DNA of 40,956 bases from an uncultured Candidatus Saccharibacteria bacterium (lineage in GTDB: Bacteria > Patescibacteriota > Minisyncoccia > Minisyncoccales > JANBVM01), in contig CAZMJM010000002.1 in NCBI GenBank assembly GCA_964566875.1, positions 5,324 through 46,279 on the forward strand, in the 5' to 3' direction. Within the stretch, counting starts at the first letter, position 1. The number at the start of each line of letters is the position of its first letter. The notes beneath the pieces were generated by a model. That model made no database searches, was not told the DNA's origin, and worked only from the letters and a program-made list of their open reading frames with translations. Shown in pieces: positions 1-7,695 of this stretch. The position numbers and the translations under genes were made by a program.

Positions 1-60
1 ATAGCTCTGTTTCTCCATTATACATTATACTCAAGTTATTCTACAGAGAGATTTTCAAGG

Positions 61-99
61 ATAAAAAAAACACTTTTAGATTAAAGAAAAAAAGTGTTT
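61..99 (-). terminator. Intrinsic terminator after the 116..322 ORF
   Basis: Inverted repeat aaacactttt (68-77) / aaaagtgttt (90-99). On the minus strand the stem is followed by a T-run. Confidence 0.55.
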
Positions 100-115
100 A
101 GAATCTTAAGGGATC

Positions 116-322
116 TTATTCCCATTTTTTTTGTATTTCATTTAAGGTTTCTCTAGCATCGTGGGAGTACATCGGATCTGGGCTATAACACATGCCTTGC
201 AGACACATGCAATGCATTCTTTTCCCCCAGCCGGATACTACTTGGTTGTTTCTAGCCAATTCATTCAATTCCTTCGTAGAGACCCATATGTTTTTCCGTG
301 GTATGAAAAAGAATGGTTGCAA
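116..322 (-). CDS. Hypothetical small protein (68 aa)
   Basis: ORF bracketed by a -10-like GATAAA about 40 nt upstream (complement of 364-369) and a terminator hairpin downstream. No recognisable family. Confidence 0.4.
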   Translation of the reverse strand: MQPFFFIPRKNIWVSTKELNELARNNQVVSGWGKRMHCMCLQGMCYSPDPMYSHDARETLNEIQKKWE

Positions 323-467
323 ATACTCCCGTAAAAGTAAGCATCTCTTCCTGCTTTTCTATCTTTATCACCTATTTATTTTTAAAATAGCTTTTTAGTT
401 AGATTTCATATACACTTTGCGACATTAATTAATGTTTGTCAGTGCAATCTATAGGAAACTTACTCTG

Positions 468-478
468 TGTGATAAAAT
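468..478 (+). promoter_or_regulatory. Extended -10-like element TGTGATAAAAT upstream of the HD hydrolase gene
   Basis: TGTGATAAAAT lies 20 nt before the ATG at 498. The same motif recurs upstream of dnaB, tRNA-Glu and ftsI. Confidence 0.4.
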
Positions 479-497
479 TAAGCAATAATCTATTTTT

Positions 498-1124
498 ATG
501 GAAGAGCAGAAAAATTTGAAAAACTTTATACCTTTTTTAATCCAAGCCGGCAAATTAAAGAAGATTAATAGAAAGGGATGGCTGCTGAGGCAGATTGAGA
601 GACCAGAGTCCGTGGCTGACCACAGCTTTCGAACGGCCCTGATGGCAGCTTTTATTTGCGGTGACAGAGATTTGGATACCTCCAAGTTGATAAAGATGGC
701 TCTTATCCATGATTTGGCAGAAGTTGAGGTTGGAGATATTACTCCCTATGATAAGGTGCTAAATGATCAACCTTCCGGAGATGCCAGGAAAAGAGCTCTC
801 GAAGATTGGCCCGGTAATGATTATAGGAATGAGAAAAGCAAGAGAGAGAAAAAGGCTGTCCTAAAGATTGTCAAAGAGCTTCCCGAGGTTACGGCCAAAG
901 AAGTGGTTAGTCTCTGGGAAGAGATGGAGGACGGCAAGGGTCCGGAGGCTGAATTTTTAAGGCAAATAGATAAAATGGAGATGCTCCTGCAGGCTTTGGA
1001 ATATAAAAAAGAGGGGTTGGATTTCCCCTTAGAGCCTTTCTGGCGAGATGTTTCCGAGAGCGTGAAGGATGAAGGATTAAAAGAGATACTTCAAAACCTC
1101 AAGGATTATTTTTCAGCCGGTTGA
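498..1124 (+). CDS. HD-domain phosphohydrolase (YfbR/HDDC2-like 5'-nucleotidase family)
   Basis: Motifs ESVADHS and ALIHDLAEVEVGDITPYD (H...HD...D signature). Size is about 200 aa. Confidence 0.8.
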   Translation: MEEQKNLKNFIPFLIQAGKLKKINRKGWLLRQIERPESVADHSFRTALMAAFICGDRDLDTSKLIKMALIHDLAEVEVGDITPYDKVLNDQPSGDARKRALEDWPGNDYRNEKSKREKKAVLKIVKELPEVTAKEVVSLWEEMEDGKGPEAEFLRQIDKMEMLLQALEYKKEGLDFPLEPFWRDVSESVKDEGLKEILQNLKDYFSAG

Positions 1125-2245
1125 TTTCCTTCTTCGCAGATTTCCACTATCGCCAGCTCCAGAGGGAGCTGGGGGATGGGAGAGCGGCGCATTTTATTCT
1201 GAGCTGTCAAAAAGATATCAACCACTTTCTTTAATTCCTCTTCGCTGAAACATGAGGCCTGTTTGATAAGAATCTGAACCTCCTCCTTGGTGAGGCCGGA
1301 AAGATATTTCTGCAATTCCGCGCCCTTGCTCTTTTCGCCCATTATCTTCACAATGAGGGCTTTCCGCAGATAACTGATGAGTGTTTTGGAGAATTCTTCC
1401 ATATCCATTCCCTTCTGGCCGACATCGTTGAGATAATCGATGGCTTGCATGGTTGCCTTCTCGCACAAGAAACCGGCCAGCTTGCTTACCATCTCCATCT
1501 CTACCAGTCCCAGCAGGTCTTTGATGTCCTCTGCCTTTATCTCCTTTTTGGAATCTCGGTAAAAAGTGGCTATCTGATTGAGCAGGCTCTCCGCGTCCCT
1601 GATGGCGCCTCCGGCATTGATGGCGATAAGTTCTTCGGCGGTCTTTTCAATCTTTATTTTTTCTTTCTTGACCACGGTATCTATCTTTTCCATTATCTCG
1701 GGCACCGTGAGCTTGCGGAAATCGAATCTCTGGCATCTAGAGATTATGGTGGGAATCATTTTGTGTATTTCCGTAGTAGCCAGTATGAAGATGGCGTGTT
1801 CCGGAGGTTCTTCCAGGGTTTTCAATAAGGCGTTGGAGGCCTCCTTGGTCAGCTGATGAGATTCGTCAATGATGAATACCTTGTGTTTGGATTTGGTGGG
1901 AGAAAACCTTATTCCATCTTTCAGCTCTCTGATGTCGTCGATTCCCCGGTGGGAGGCGGCGTCTATTTCCAGCAGGTCTATGGCATTTCCCTCGGTTATC
2001 TCCCGGCACGAAGAGCACTTGTTGCACGGCTCATACTCCCCTTCCTTCCTGTTCTTGCAGTTGACGGACTTTGCCAGGAGTCTGGCCAGAGTGGTCTTGC
2101 CGGTACCCCTGGGACCGGAAAATAAATAAGCATGGGAAACCCTTCCCCTGGCGATGGCATTGGTAAGGGTTTTGACGATGTGCTCCTGGCCGATGAATTC
2201 CGCAAAGCTCTGCGGCCGATATTTACGATATAATACTAAGCTCAT
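1106..2245 (-). CDS. dnaX: DNA polymerase III subunit gamma/tau (short form)
   Basis: N-terminus YRKYRPQSFAEFIGQEH, Walker A GPRGTGKTT, zinc module CNKCSSC, SRC motif ISRCQRF. Confidence 0.92.
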   Translation of the reverse strand: MSLVLYRKYRPQSFAEFIGQEHIVKTLTNAIARGRVSHAYLFSGPRGTGKTTLARLLAKSVNCKNRKEGEYEPCNKCSSCREITEGNAIDLLEIDAASHRGIDDIRELKDGIRFSPTKSKHKVFIIDESHQLTKEASNALLKTLEEPPEHAIFILATTEIHKMIPTIISRCQRFDFRKLTVPEIMEKIDTVVKKEKIKIEKTAEELIAINAGGAIRDAESLLNQIATFYRDSKKEIKAEDIKDLLGLVEMEMVSKLAGFLCEKATMQAIDYLNDVGQKGMDMEEFSKTLISYLRKALIVKIMGEKSKGAELQKYLSGLTKEEVQILIKQASCFSEEELKKVVDIFLTAQNKMRRSPIPQLPLELAIVEICEEGNQPAEK

Positions 2246-2311
2246 GGACTCGAAACCAATACACTAATTTAACACTAATGACACGAATAAATAGGATTGG
2301 TGTCGTGTTGG

Positions 2312-2926
2312 TTATTTTTTGAAGACGATGAATTTATATCCCAGGAAGTTCCAGGCAAATCCTGCTATGGCTGCCGCTATTCCTCCTACGCTGGCCCAGA
2401 TTTTGGGGGTCAATCCGAACTGAGGGCCTAAAGCGTTGACTACCAGGGAGGCTACTCCTACGTTTATTCCCAGACCGATAAAGGTAACGATAAAAAACTG
2501 GGCGAATTCCTTTTGTACGCCGCTCATTTCCTTCTGTTCGAAAGCCAGGAATTTATTGGCCCAGTACTTGGCAAAGGTTGCCACCAAAAAGGATATGCCC
2601 TTGGAAACGCTGAATATAAGCCCCTCCGCTTTCTGGAAGATAGTTATTAATAAATTGAGGACTCCCAAATCCAGAAGCGTAGCCAGAGCTCCTATCAGCA
2701 GGAATTTAGCCAACTGGAAGACGAAAGGAAATCTCTTTCCTATTAATTCGGCTATCCAGAGGCCGAGAACAGCCAAGACCGGCAGAGCTAAAAATAAAAT
2801 CCAGGTTAAGATCCCTATGCCAGTACCCATTACCTGATTGACGCCGGCGCTTTTGATGAGGCCTATCATAAACCAGGCCAGGACCAGTCCCGTTATGATG
2901 GCCAAAATGGTGTCTGTTTTTTTCAT
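2312..2926 (-). CDS. GtrA-family membrane protein with extra N-terminal TM helices
   Basis: Polytopic hydrophobic profile. GtrA-like motifs FAKYWANKF and WNFLGYKFIVFKK. Confidence 0.7.
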   Translation of the reverse strand: MKKTDTILAIITGLVLAWFMIGLIKSAGVNQVMGTGIGILTWILFLALPVLAVLGLWIAELIGKRFPFVFQLAKFLLIGALATLLDLGVLNLLITIFQKAEGLIFSVSKGISFLVATFAKYWANKFLAFEQKEMSGVQKEFAQFFIVTFIGLGINVGVASLVVNALGPQFGLTPKIWASVGGIAAAIAGFAWNFLGYKFIVFKK

Positions 2927-2963
2927 ATTGAATCATTTTAACACGGACAATTAAGAAATCAAC

Positions 2964-2992
2964 TTGACGGAGAGAGTCGTCTGTTGTAATTT
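2964..2992 (+). promoter_or_regulatory. Candidate sigma70-type promoter for the cysK leader
   Basis: TTGACG (2964-2969), 17-nt spacer, TAATTT (2987-2992). Confidence 0.4.
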
Positions 2993-3005
2993 GGAAAGCA
3001 GATTT

Positions 3006-3095
3006 ATGAAAAACCTAAACGCCTTTCCATTAATGGTTTGCTGCTGTTGTCAGTGTAACTGTCTCGTAAACAGGGAGGGGGTTTGGTTTAATTAA
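3006..3095 (+). CDS. Cys-rich leader peptide MKNLNAFPLMVCCCCQCNCLVNREGVWFN (29 aa, below the ORF-track cutoff)
   Basis: ATG 3006, TAA 3093-3095. Six Cys codons within eight consecutive codons (3039-3062). Lies in the leader of cysteine synthase. Confidence 0.6.
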   Translation: MKNLNAFPLMVCCCCQCNCLVNREGVWFN

Positions 3096-3158
3096 ATAAG
3101 AAAGTCGAAATAACCTTGAACTCGATACCGCCCCTTCCCAAGAAGGGTTTTTTATTTT
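3073..3158 (+). promoter_or_regulatory. Candidate attenuator: antiterminator GGGAGGGGG (3073-3081) competing with the terminator left arm
   Basis: 3073-3081 can pair over 9 bp (one G-U) with CCCCTTCCC (3131-3139). That segment overlaps the terminator stem arm 3132-3137. Confidence 0.5.
3132..3158 (+). terminator. Intrinsic terminator abutting the cysK start codon
   Basis: Stem cccttc/gaaggg, loop ccaa, then TTTTTTATTTTT running into the ATG at 3160. Confidence 0.6.
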
Positions 3159-3159
3159 T

Positions 3160-3996
3160 ATGAATATTCTTAAAACCATAGGTAATACCCCCTTAATAGA
3201 GGTGCAGGGCGTATTCGCAAAGCTGGAAACGGTTAATCCCTCGGGCTCCATCAAGGACCGGATGGCCAAATTCATGGTGGAAAGGGCTGAAAAAACAGGG
3301 AAATTAAAGCCCGGTTACCGCATAATCGAGGCCACCTCCGGTAACACGGGAGTGAGCTTTTCTCTCGTTTCGGCAGTTAAGGGATATAAGTTTACGGCCG
3401 TAGTACACGAGAGCACCAGTTCCGGGAAAAAAGATTTGATGAGGCTTTTGGGGGCTGAATTGGTGTTGGTACCTGATGAATGGGGCTTTCCAGAGCTTAT
3501 CGCCAAAACCGAAGAGTTGGCAAGGGAACGCCGTCGTAAGGTATGGCTGCCCAAACAGTTCGCCAACCCAGATAACGTAGAAGCGCACAGGCTAGGCATG
3601 GGACGGGAGATAGCGCGCCAAACTAAGAAGATAGATGCTCTCGTGGCCGGTATCGGTACGGGAGGGACACTGATGGGGGCTGCCAAGGCGCTGCGGGCCA
3701 AATTCCCGAAGATAAAGATTTTCGGCGTGGAACCTGCCGAATCCCACCACCAGATAGAAGGAATTTCCGACGGCATTGTGCCCGATATTCTGGAGGAAAG
3801 ATTGATTGATGGGATGATTAAGGTTAAGAGCCGCGATGCATTGAGAACCGCAAGGAAACTGGCTGAAGAGCATGGTCTGCTGGTAGGTATTTCATCTGGG
3901 GCCAACTTCATGGCTGCCCGGCAGCTTAAAAGAAAGTACCAGAATGTGGTTACGGTTTTCCCGGATAGGGCCGAACGCTATCTGGAAAAGCTATAG
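3160..3996 (+). CDS. cysK: Cysteine synthase family PLP enzyme (O-acetylserine or O-phosphoserine sulfhydrylase, short 278-aa form)
   Basis: IGNTPLIEV, PLP-lysine motif NPSGSIKDR, TSGNTG, GIGTGGT glycine loop. Confidence 0.85.
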   Translation: MNILKTIGNTPLIEVQGVFAKLETVNPSGSIKDRMAKFMVERAEKTGKLKPGYRIIEATSGNTGVSFSLVSAVKGYKFTAVVHESTSSGKKDLMRLLGAELVLVPDEWGFPELIAKTEELARERRRKVWLPKQFANPDNVEAHRLGMGREIARQTKKIDALVAGIGTGGTLMGAAKALRAKFPKIKIFGVEPAESHHQIEGISDGIVPDILEERLIDGMIKVKSRDALRTARKLAEEHGLLVGISSGANFMAARQLKRKYQNVVTVFPDRAERYLEKL

Positions 3997-4003
3997 TTTT
4001 TTT

Positions 4004-4030
4004 AAAAAAAGAGAGCAGATTAACTGCTCT
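4004..4030 (-). terminator. Intrinsic terminator of the TFB-like gene (overlaps its stop codon)
   Basis: Stem agagcag (4012-4018) / ctgctct (4024-4030), 5-nt loop. On the minus strand it is followed by T7 (complement of A7 at 4004-4010). Confidence 0.6.
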
Positions 4031-4958
4031 TCATAGTAATTATTATCTCAGGGAAAAACTTGCATATTTCCTTGTGCCTGTTCCTTAAGGTCACTTCAGT
4101 GACGTGTACAATTTCTGCAACCTCTTTCTGCGTCTTGGAAATGCCTTCACTTTCTTTGCAGATGCCGTATATCAGGCCCGCCAATACTCCGCTTGGGTCT
4201 TTTCCTACAAACTTACCGCTCTGCATTATTTCTTTAAAGGCAGGGAAAATTTTTTTCTTGATATTCATGGGTAATTCGAGTGCGGTTGCATAGCGATATA
4301 CAAAATCTTTCATATTTTCTCTGTCCTCCGCGTTAAAGAATGATTTTATCTCATCAGAAAGTACCAACTTTTGATAATCTTGGAAAATCCTTTTTTGCGT
4401 AAAACCGACAAGTTCTGACAATTCTTTAATCGGATTTTTGCCTAAATTGTTCCTGTATACAAGACAAAAGACAGCAGTAGCTAAGCATTTCCAATCTTTC
4501 CAATGGATGTTGGTGTCGACAGCTTTTTTCATTGCTTTCTTCATCTCTTTTTTGATAGCCTGGGATAGCGTAAAATGAGGATAAGCTCTCCTGATTATTT
4601 CATTTATGCAAATCGCTGCCGTCATATTGTGCTTTTCTTCCGGTGGCCTGAACCATTTTTCCGTTCTCCTTAAATTCCTTGCTTTTAAAGCGGCGGCGGG
4701 GTCTAGTTTTCTGCCAGAATCGTCCCTGTTGTTCATCCTTATTCTGGTCCCTTTACCGCCGGAATATTTCTCAACCGGAACCCTGGGATATGTGGGGTTG
4801 TCTTCGGGATAAAAGTTAACGCCTCCCTCGTGGTCAAAGCAGCGTTCTTCCAGAACGAGGCCGCAGTCCAGGCAGACAATTTCTCCGTTCTTCTCATCAT
4901 AGGTTGTATTCTTATGGGCGCATTCTGGATATTGATAATTATGATTATTAATTATCAT
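4020..4958 (-). CDS. TFIIB/TFB-like transcription factor homologue (zinc ribbon plus two cyclin-fold repeats)
   Basis: N-terminal ribbon PECAH...YDEKNGEIVCLDCGLVLEE. C-terminal GKDPSGVLAGLIYGICK...TQKEVAEIVHVTEVTLRNRHKEI closely resembles archaeal TFB (GKSPAGL...TQREVAEVARVTEVTVRNRYKEL). The first ATG at 4958 is preceded by SD AGAGGTG (complement of 4965-4971) at 6-nt spacing. The ORF-track start 4967 is GTG. Confidence 0.85.
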   Translation of the reverse strand: MIINNHNYQYPECAHKNTTYDEKNGEIVCLDCGLVLEERCFDHEGGVNFYPEDNPTYPRVPVEKYSGGKGTRIRMNNRDDSGRKLDPAAALKARNLRRTEKWFRPPEEKHNMTAAICINEIIRRAYPHFTLSQAIKKEMKKAMKKAVDTNIHWKDWKCLATAVFCLVYRNNLGKNPIKELSELVGFTQKRIFQDYQKLVLSDEIKSFFNAEDRENMKDFVYRYATALELPMNIKKKIFPAFKEIMQSGKFVGKDPSGVLAGLIYGICKESEGISKTQKEVAEIVHVTEVTLRNRHKEICKFFPEIIITMKSS

Positions 4959-5018
4959 ATCATTCACCTCTTTTTAAACGAGCTTTTTATATTCAAAATC
5001 TTAACAGAATTTCACCCT

Positions 5019-5046
5019 TTGTCAAAATGGCTTTAAAGAATAAAAT
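5019..5046 (+). promoter_or_regulatory. Candidate cysS promoter giving a leaderless or near-leaderless mRNA
   Basis: TTGTCA (5019-5024), 16-nt spacer, TAAAAT (5041-5046). The ATG at 5055 is 8 nt downstream and has no SD. Confidence 0.4.
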
Positions 5047-5054
5047 TTATTATA

Positions 5055-6467
5055 ATGAATAAATCCATGCTCAAACTGTACAACACCTTAGCCAGGAAAA
5101 AACAGGTTTTCAGGCCCATTAAACCTAAGAAGGTCAACATTTTTGTTTGCGGACCGACCGTCTATGATTTTTCTCATATTGGGCATGCAAGGACCTACAT
5201 TTCTTTTGACGTAATCGCCAAATACCTGAGGGAAAAGGGGTACGAAGTCTTTTATTTGCAGAACATTACCGACATTGACGACAAGATTATAAAAAGAGCG
5301 CGGGAAAAAAAGGTTTCCTGGAAGAGTTTGGCCAGGAAATTTGAGGAAGAATATCTCAAGGATATGAAAGTTCTTGGGGTAGACAGCGTTACCAGGTATG
5401 CCAGGGCCACCGATCACATCAAGGAAATCATTTCTCAGGTGGGGAGATTGGAGAAAAGAGGTTTTGGTTATAAGACCACCAACGGTATTTATTACGACAT
5501 AGCCCGTTTCAAAGAATATGGAAAACTCTCAGGGAGAACGGCGGTAATGGCAGAGGATTCCCTCTCGAGGATAGACGAGGGAGGGGAAAAAAGAAATGCC
5601 GGCGATTTTTGCCTGTGGAAATTCTCAAAGAAAAACGAGCCAAAGTGGAAGAGCCCCTGGGGAATGGGAAGGCCGGGTTGGCACATTGAGGATACGGCCA
5701 TTACCGAAAAGTATTTCGGGGCCCAGTATGATGTTCACGGCGGTGCCCGAGACCTGATTTTCCCGCACCATGAAGCGGAAATCAGCCAGATGGAGGCCGT
5801 TTCCGGGAAATCTCCATTGGTAAGGTACTGGCTTCACACCGGATTCCTGGTCATCGAAGGCCAGAAGATGTCAAAGTCTTTGGGTAATTTCATTACCATA
5901 AGGAAGCTCTTGAAGAGGGTATCTCCCAGAACCCTGAGGCTTTTGGTGGTAAAGACTCATTACCGCTCCCCTATTGATTTCAGCGAGAGATTACTCCTGC
6001 AGAGCAGAAAAGAAATTGAGAGGATGGATGAATTCCTGGGGAAAATAAAAAAGCTTGCTCAAGAAAAATCGGGGAAAAAGGTGAGAATGAAATTGATTAA
6101 AGATGCAGAGAAAGAATTTGACCGGGCCATGGAAGACGACCTCAATACTCCTTTGGCCGTCGCGGCAATTTTTAAAGTGATATCCGAAGGAAATAAGCTT
6201 CTGGATAAGGGCGGTCTGAATTCAATAGAATCTAAAAGGATTCTGGCCTTTTTTGAAAAAGTAGATAGAATCTTCAGCCTTGATTTGGCGAAGGTAAAAA
6301 AAATAAAAATCCCTCAAAAGATAAGGAATTTAATGTACCAGAGAGAAAGGTTAAGGCAGGATTCTCTATGGGATAAAGCTGACGACATCAGAAAAGAGAT
6401 TGAAAGAGCAGGCTACCAGATTGAGGATACGTCAGAGGGCCCCAAAATCGTTAAGCGGACGAAATAA
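5055..6467 (+). CDS. cysS: Cysteine--tRNA ligase
   Basis: HIGHAR and KMSKS motifs. MLKLYNTLARKKQVF matches the canonical CysRS N-terminus, so the second ATG at 5067 is an alternative start. Confidence 0.95.
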   Translation: MNKSMLKLYNTLARKKQVFRPIKPKKVNIFVCGPTVYDFSHIGHARTYISFDVIAKYLREKGYEVFYLQNITDIDDKIIKRAREKKVSWKSLARKFEEEYLKDMKVLGVDSVTRYARATDHIKEIISQVGRLEKRGFGYKTTNGIYYDIARFKEYGKLSGRTAVMAEDSLSRIDEGGEKRNAGDFCLWKFSKKNEPKWKSPWGMGRPGWHIEDTAITEKYFGAQYDVHGGARDLIFPHHEAEISQMEAVSGKSPLVRYWLHTGFLVIEGQKMSKSLGNFITIRKLLKRVSPRTLRLLVVKTHYRSPIDFSERLLLQSRKEIERMDEFLGKIKKLAQEKSGKKVRMKLIKDAEKEFDRAMEDDLNTPLAVAAIFKVISEGNKLLDKGGLNSIESKRILAFFEKVDRIFSLDLAKVKKIKIPQKIRNLMYQRERLRQDSLWDKADDIRKEIERAGYQIEDTSEGPKIVKRTK

Positions 6468-6468
6468 A

Positions 6469-7596
6469 TCAAGCCTTATTCTTCTTACAGGTTTCGTAAA
6501 AAGACAGTACTCTGTCTGCCACCTTTTTCCAGGAATATTCTTTTACTTCTTCTAAGCCCATTCGGGCTGTTTTATTTCTTAAAGACTTATTCTCAATAAG
6601 CAAGGATATATTTTTCGCAAGCTGGCGGAAGTTCTTGGGCTTGGCAAGGAATTTTCCGCAGGCTTTCTCCTTCAGTAGTTGGGCGTAGCCCTTGTTGGCA
6701 AAGGCTACTACCGGCGTTCCGCAGGCCATGGCTTCCAATAAGACCAGGCCGAAGCTTTCCCCGAAGATAGCTGGACTGATGAAGATATCGGCCGTTCGAT
6801 AATAAGAAGCCACCTTTCCTTCTACCTGGCCTACGAAGACGACCTCCCGGAGATGATTTTTCTTTACGTATTCCCGGCATTCCTCTTCCAGGGGGCCGGA
6901 ACCAACTATTATCAGACGGAGGTTGGAAAATTCTTTCTGTAGGATTTTTAGCGCCTTCAAAAGATATATCAATCCCTTTCTTTCTTCCATTCTTCCCACG
7001 AACAAAAGATTCGTCTTCCCGTCAAAGAATTTCTTTATTTTGGGTCCCTTGGTATTGAAACGTTCCAGATCGATTCCATTGGGGATAACGGTCTTTGGCC
7101 CGTCATATTCCTTGAAAAATTCTAAAATAAGCGGCGCTACCCCTATCACTCCGTCTATCTTCCACTGGCATATTTTATCCAGGGTATAGAGGAAGGTGGG
7201 AAAGTTTTGTATGAACTTACTGCCTTCCACGTTGGAATGGAAGGTAAGGATTTTAAGGGCGTTGTCGGCCGAAGGACTGAGGAGAATCTGGAGGGCCGAG
7301 GGGAATCCGAAGTTGTGGAAATGCAGTACGTCAAACTTTTCTTTTTTTAATGCGTCTTCCAGCGCCAGAGGGTTGAAGTTAATGTTAAAGTCGGCCTGGC
7401 TGCCTCCGAAATTGATGGGAAACGAAGTGCCCAGCAAGATGACGTCTTTGCCGTAATTCTCCGACATCTTTCTCCTGGGAACTATTATTTTTGTCTCCAC
7501 CCCCTTTTTCCTGAATTGCTGAAACAGGCCCAGGATGTGCCTTTTGACCCCCCCTGGGTTGGCAAAAGAGTGGAAAGAAACGAGGCCTATTTTCAT
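6469..7596 (-). CDS. Glycosyltransferase, GT4 (GT-B fold) family
   Basis: C-terminal ESFGLVLLEAMACGTPVVA motif and typical N-terminal GG(V/A) region. Confidence 0.85.
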   Translation of the reverse strand: MKIGLVSFHSFANPGGVKRHILGLFQQFRKKGVETKIIVPRRKMSENYGKDVILLGTSFPINFGGSQADFNINFNPLALEDALKKEKFDVLHFHNFGFPSALQILLSPSADNALKILTFHSNVEGSKFIQNFPTFLYTLDKICQWKIDGVIGVAPLILEFFKEYDGPKTVIPNGIDLERFNTKGPKIKKFFDGKTNLLFVGRMEERKGLIYLLKALKILQKEFSNLRLIIVGSGPLEEECREYVKKNHLREVVFVGQVEGKVASYYRTADIFISPAIFGESFGLVLLEAMACGTPVVAFANKGYAQLLKEKACGKFLAKPKNFRQLAKNISLLIENKSLRNKTARMGLEEVKEYSWKKVADRVLSFYETCKKNKA

Positions 7597-7657
7597 ATTG
7601 TAACTAAAGAGATTCCAGTTTTTTGAACGCTTTCCATTCTATCAAAAACCTCTAATC

Positions 7658-7686
7658 TTGCCAATCATTTTTCCGTGTGATAAATT
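7658..7686 (+). promoter_or_regulatory. Candidate dnaB promoter with TGTGATAAAT extended -10
   Basis: TTGCCA (7658-7663) and TGTGATAAAT (7676-7685). The ATG at 7696 has no SD. Confidence 0.45.
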
Positions 7687-7695
7687 GGATTTAGC

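Noticed and set aside
1445-2129. Several plus-strand ORFs (1445..1828, 1578..1856, 1856..2125, 1869..2129) inside dnaX
   Set aside because: They are antisense shadows of a well-supported gene with low-complexity translations. The same reasoning rejects the other overlapping ORFs in the track. Examples are 3315..3911, 10342..10743, 13300..15647 (plus strand), 20830..21405, 24005..24430, 28676..29059 and 40428..40895.
3030-3275. 81-aa minus-strand ORF spanning the cysK leader and start
   Set aside because: It overlaps the cysK 5' end and the leader/terminator structure on the opposite strand. It has no family resemblance, and the plus-strand leader peptide plus attenuator explains the region better.
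4968-5054. T-box or riboswitch leader for cysS
   Set aside because: The spacer is only 87 nt and is occupied by divergent promoter/SD elements. No specifier/T-box motifs are present, and the small ORF MALKNKIYYNE has no Cys codons.
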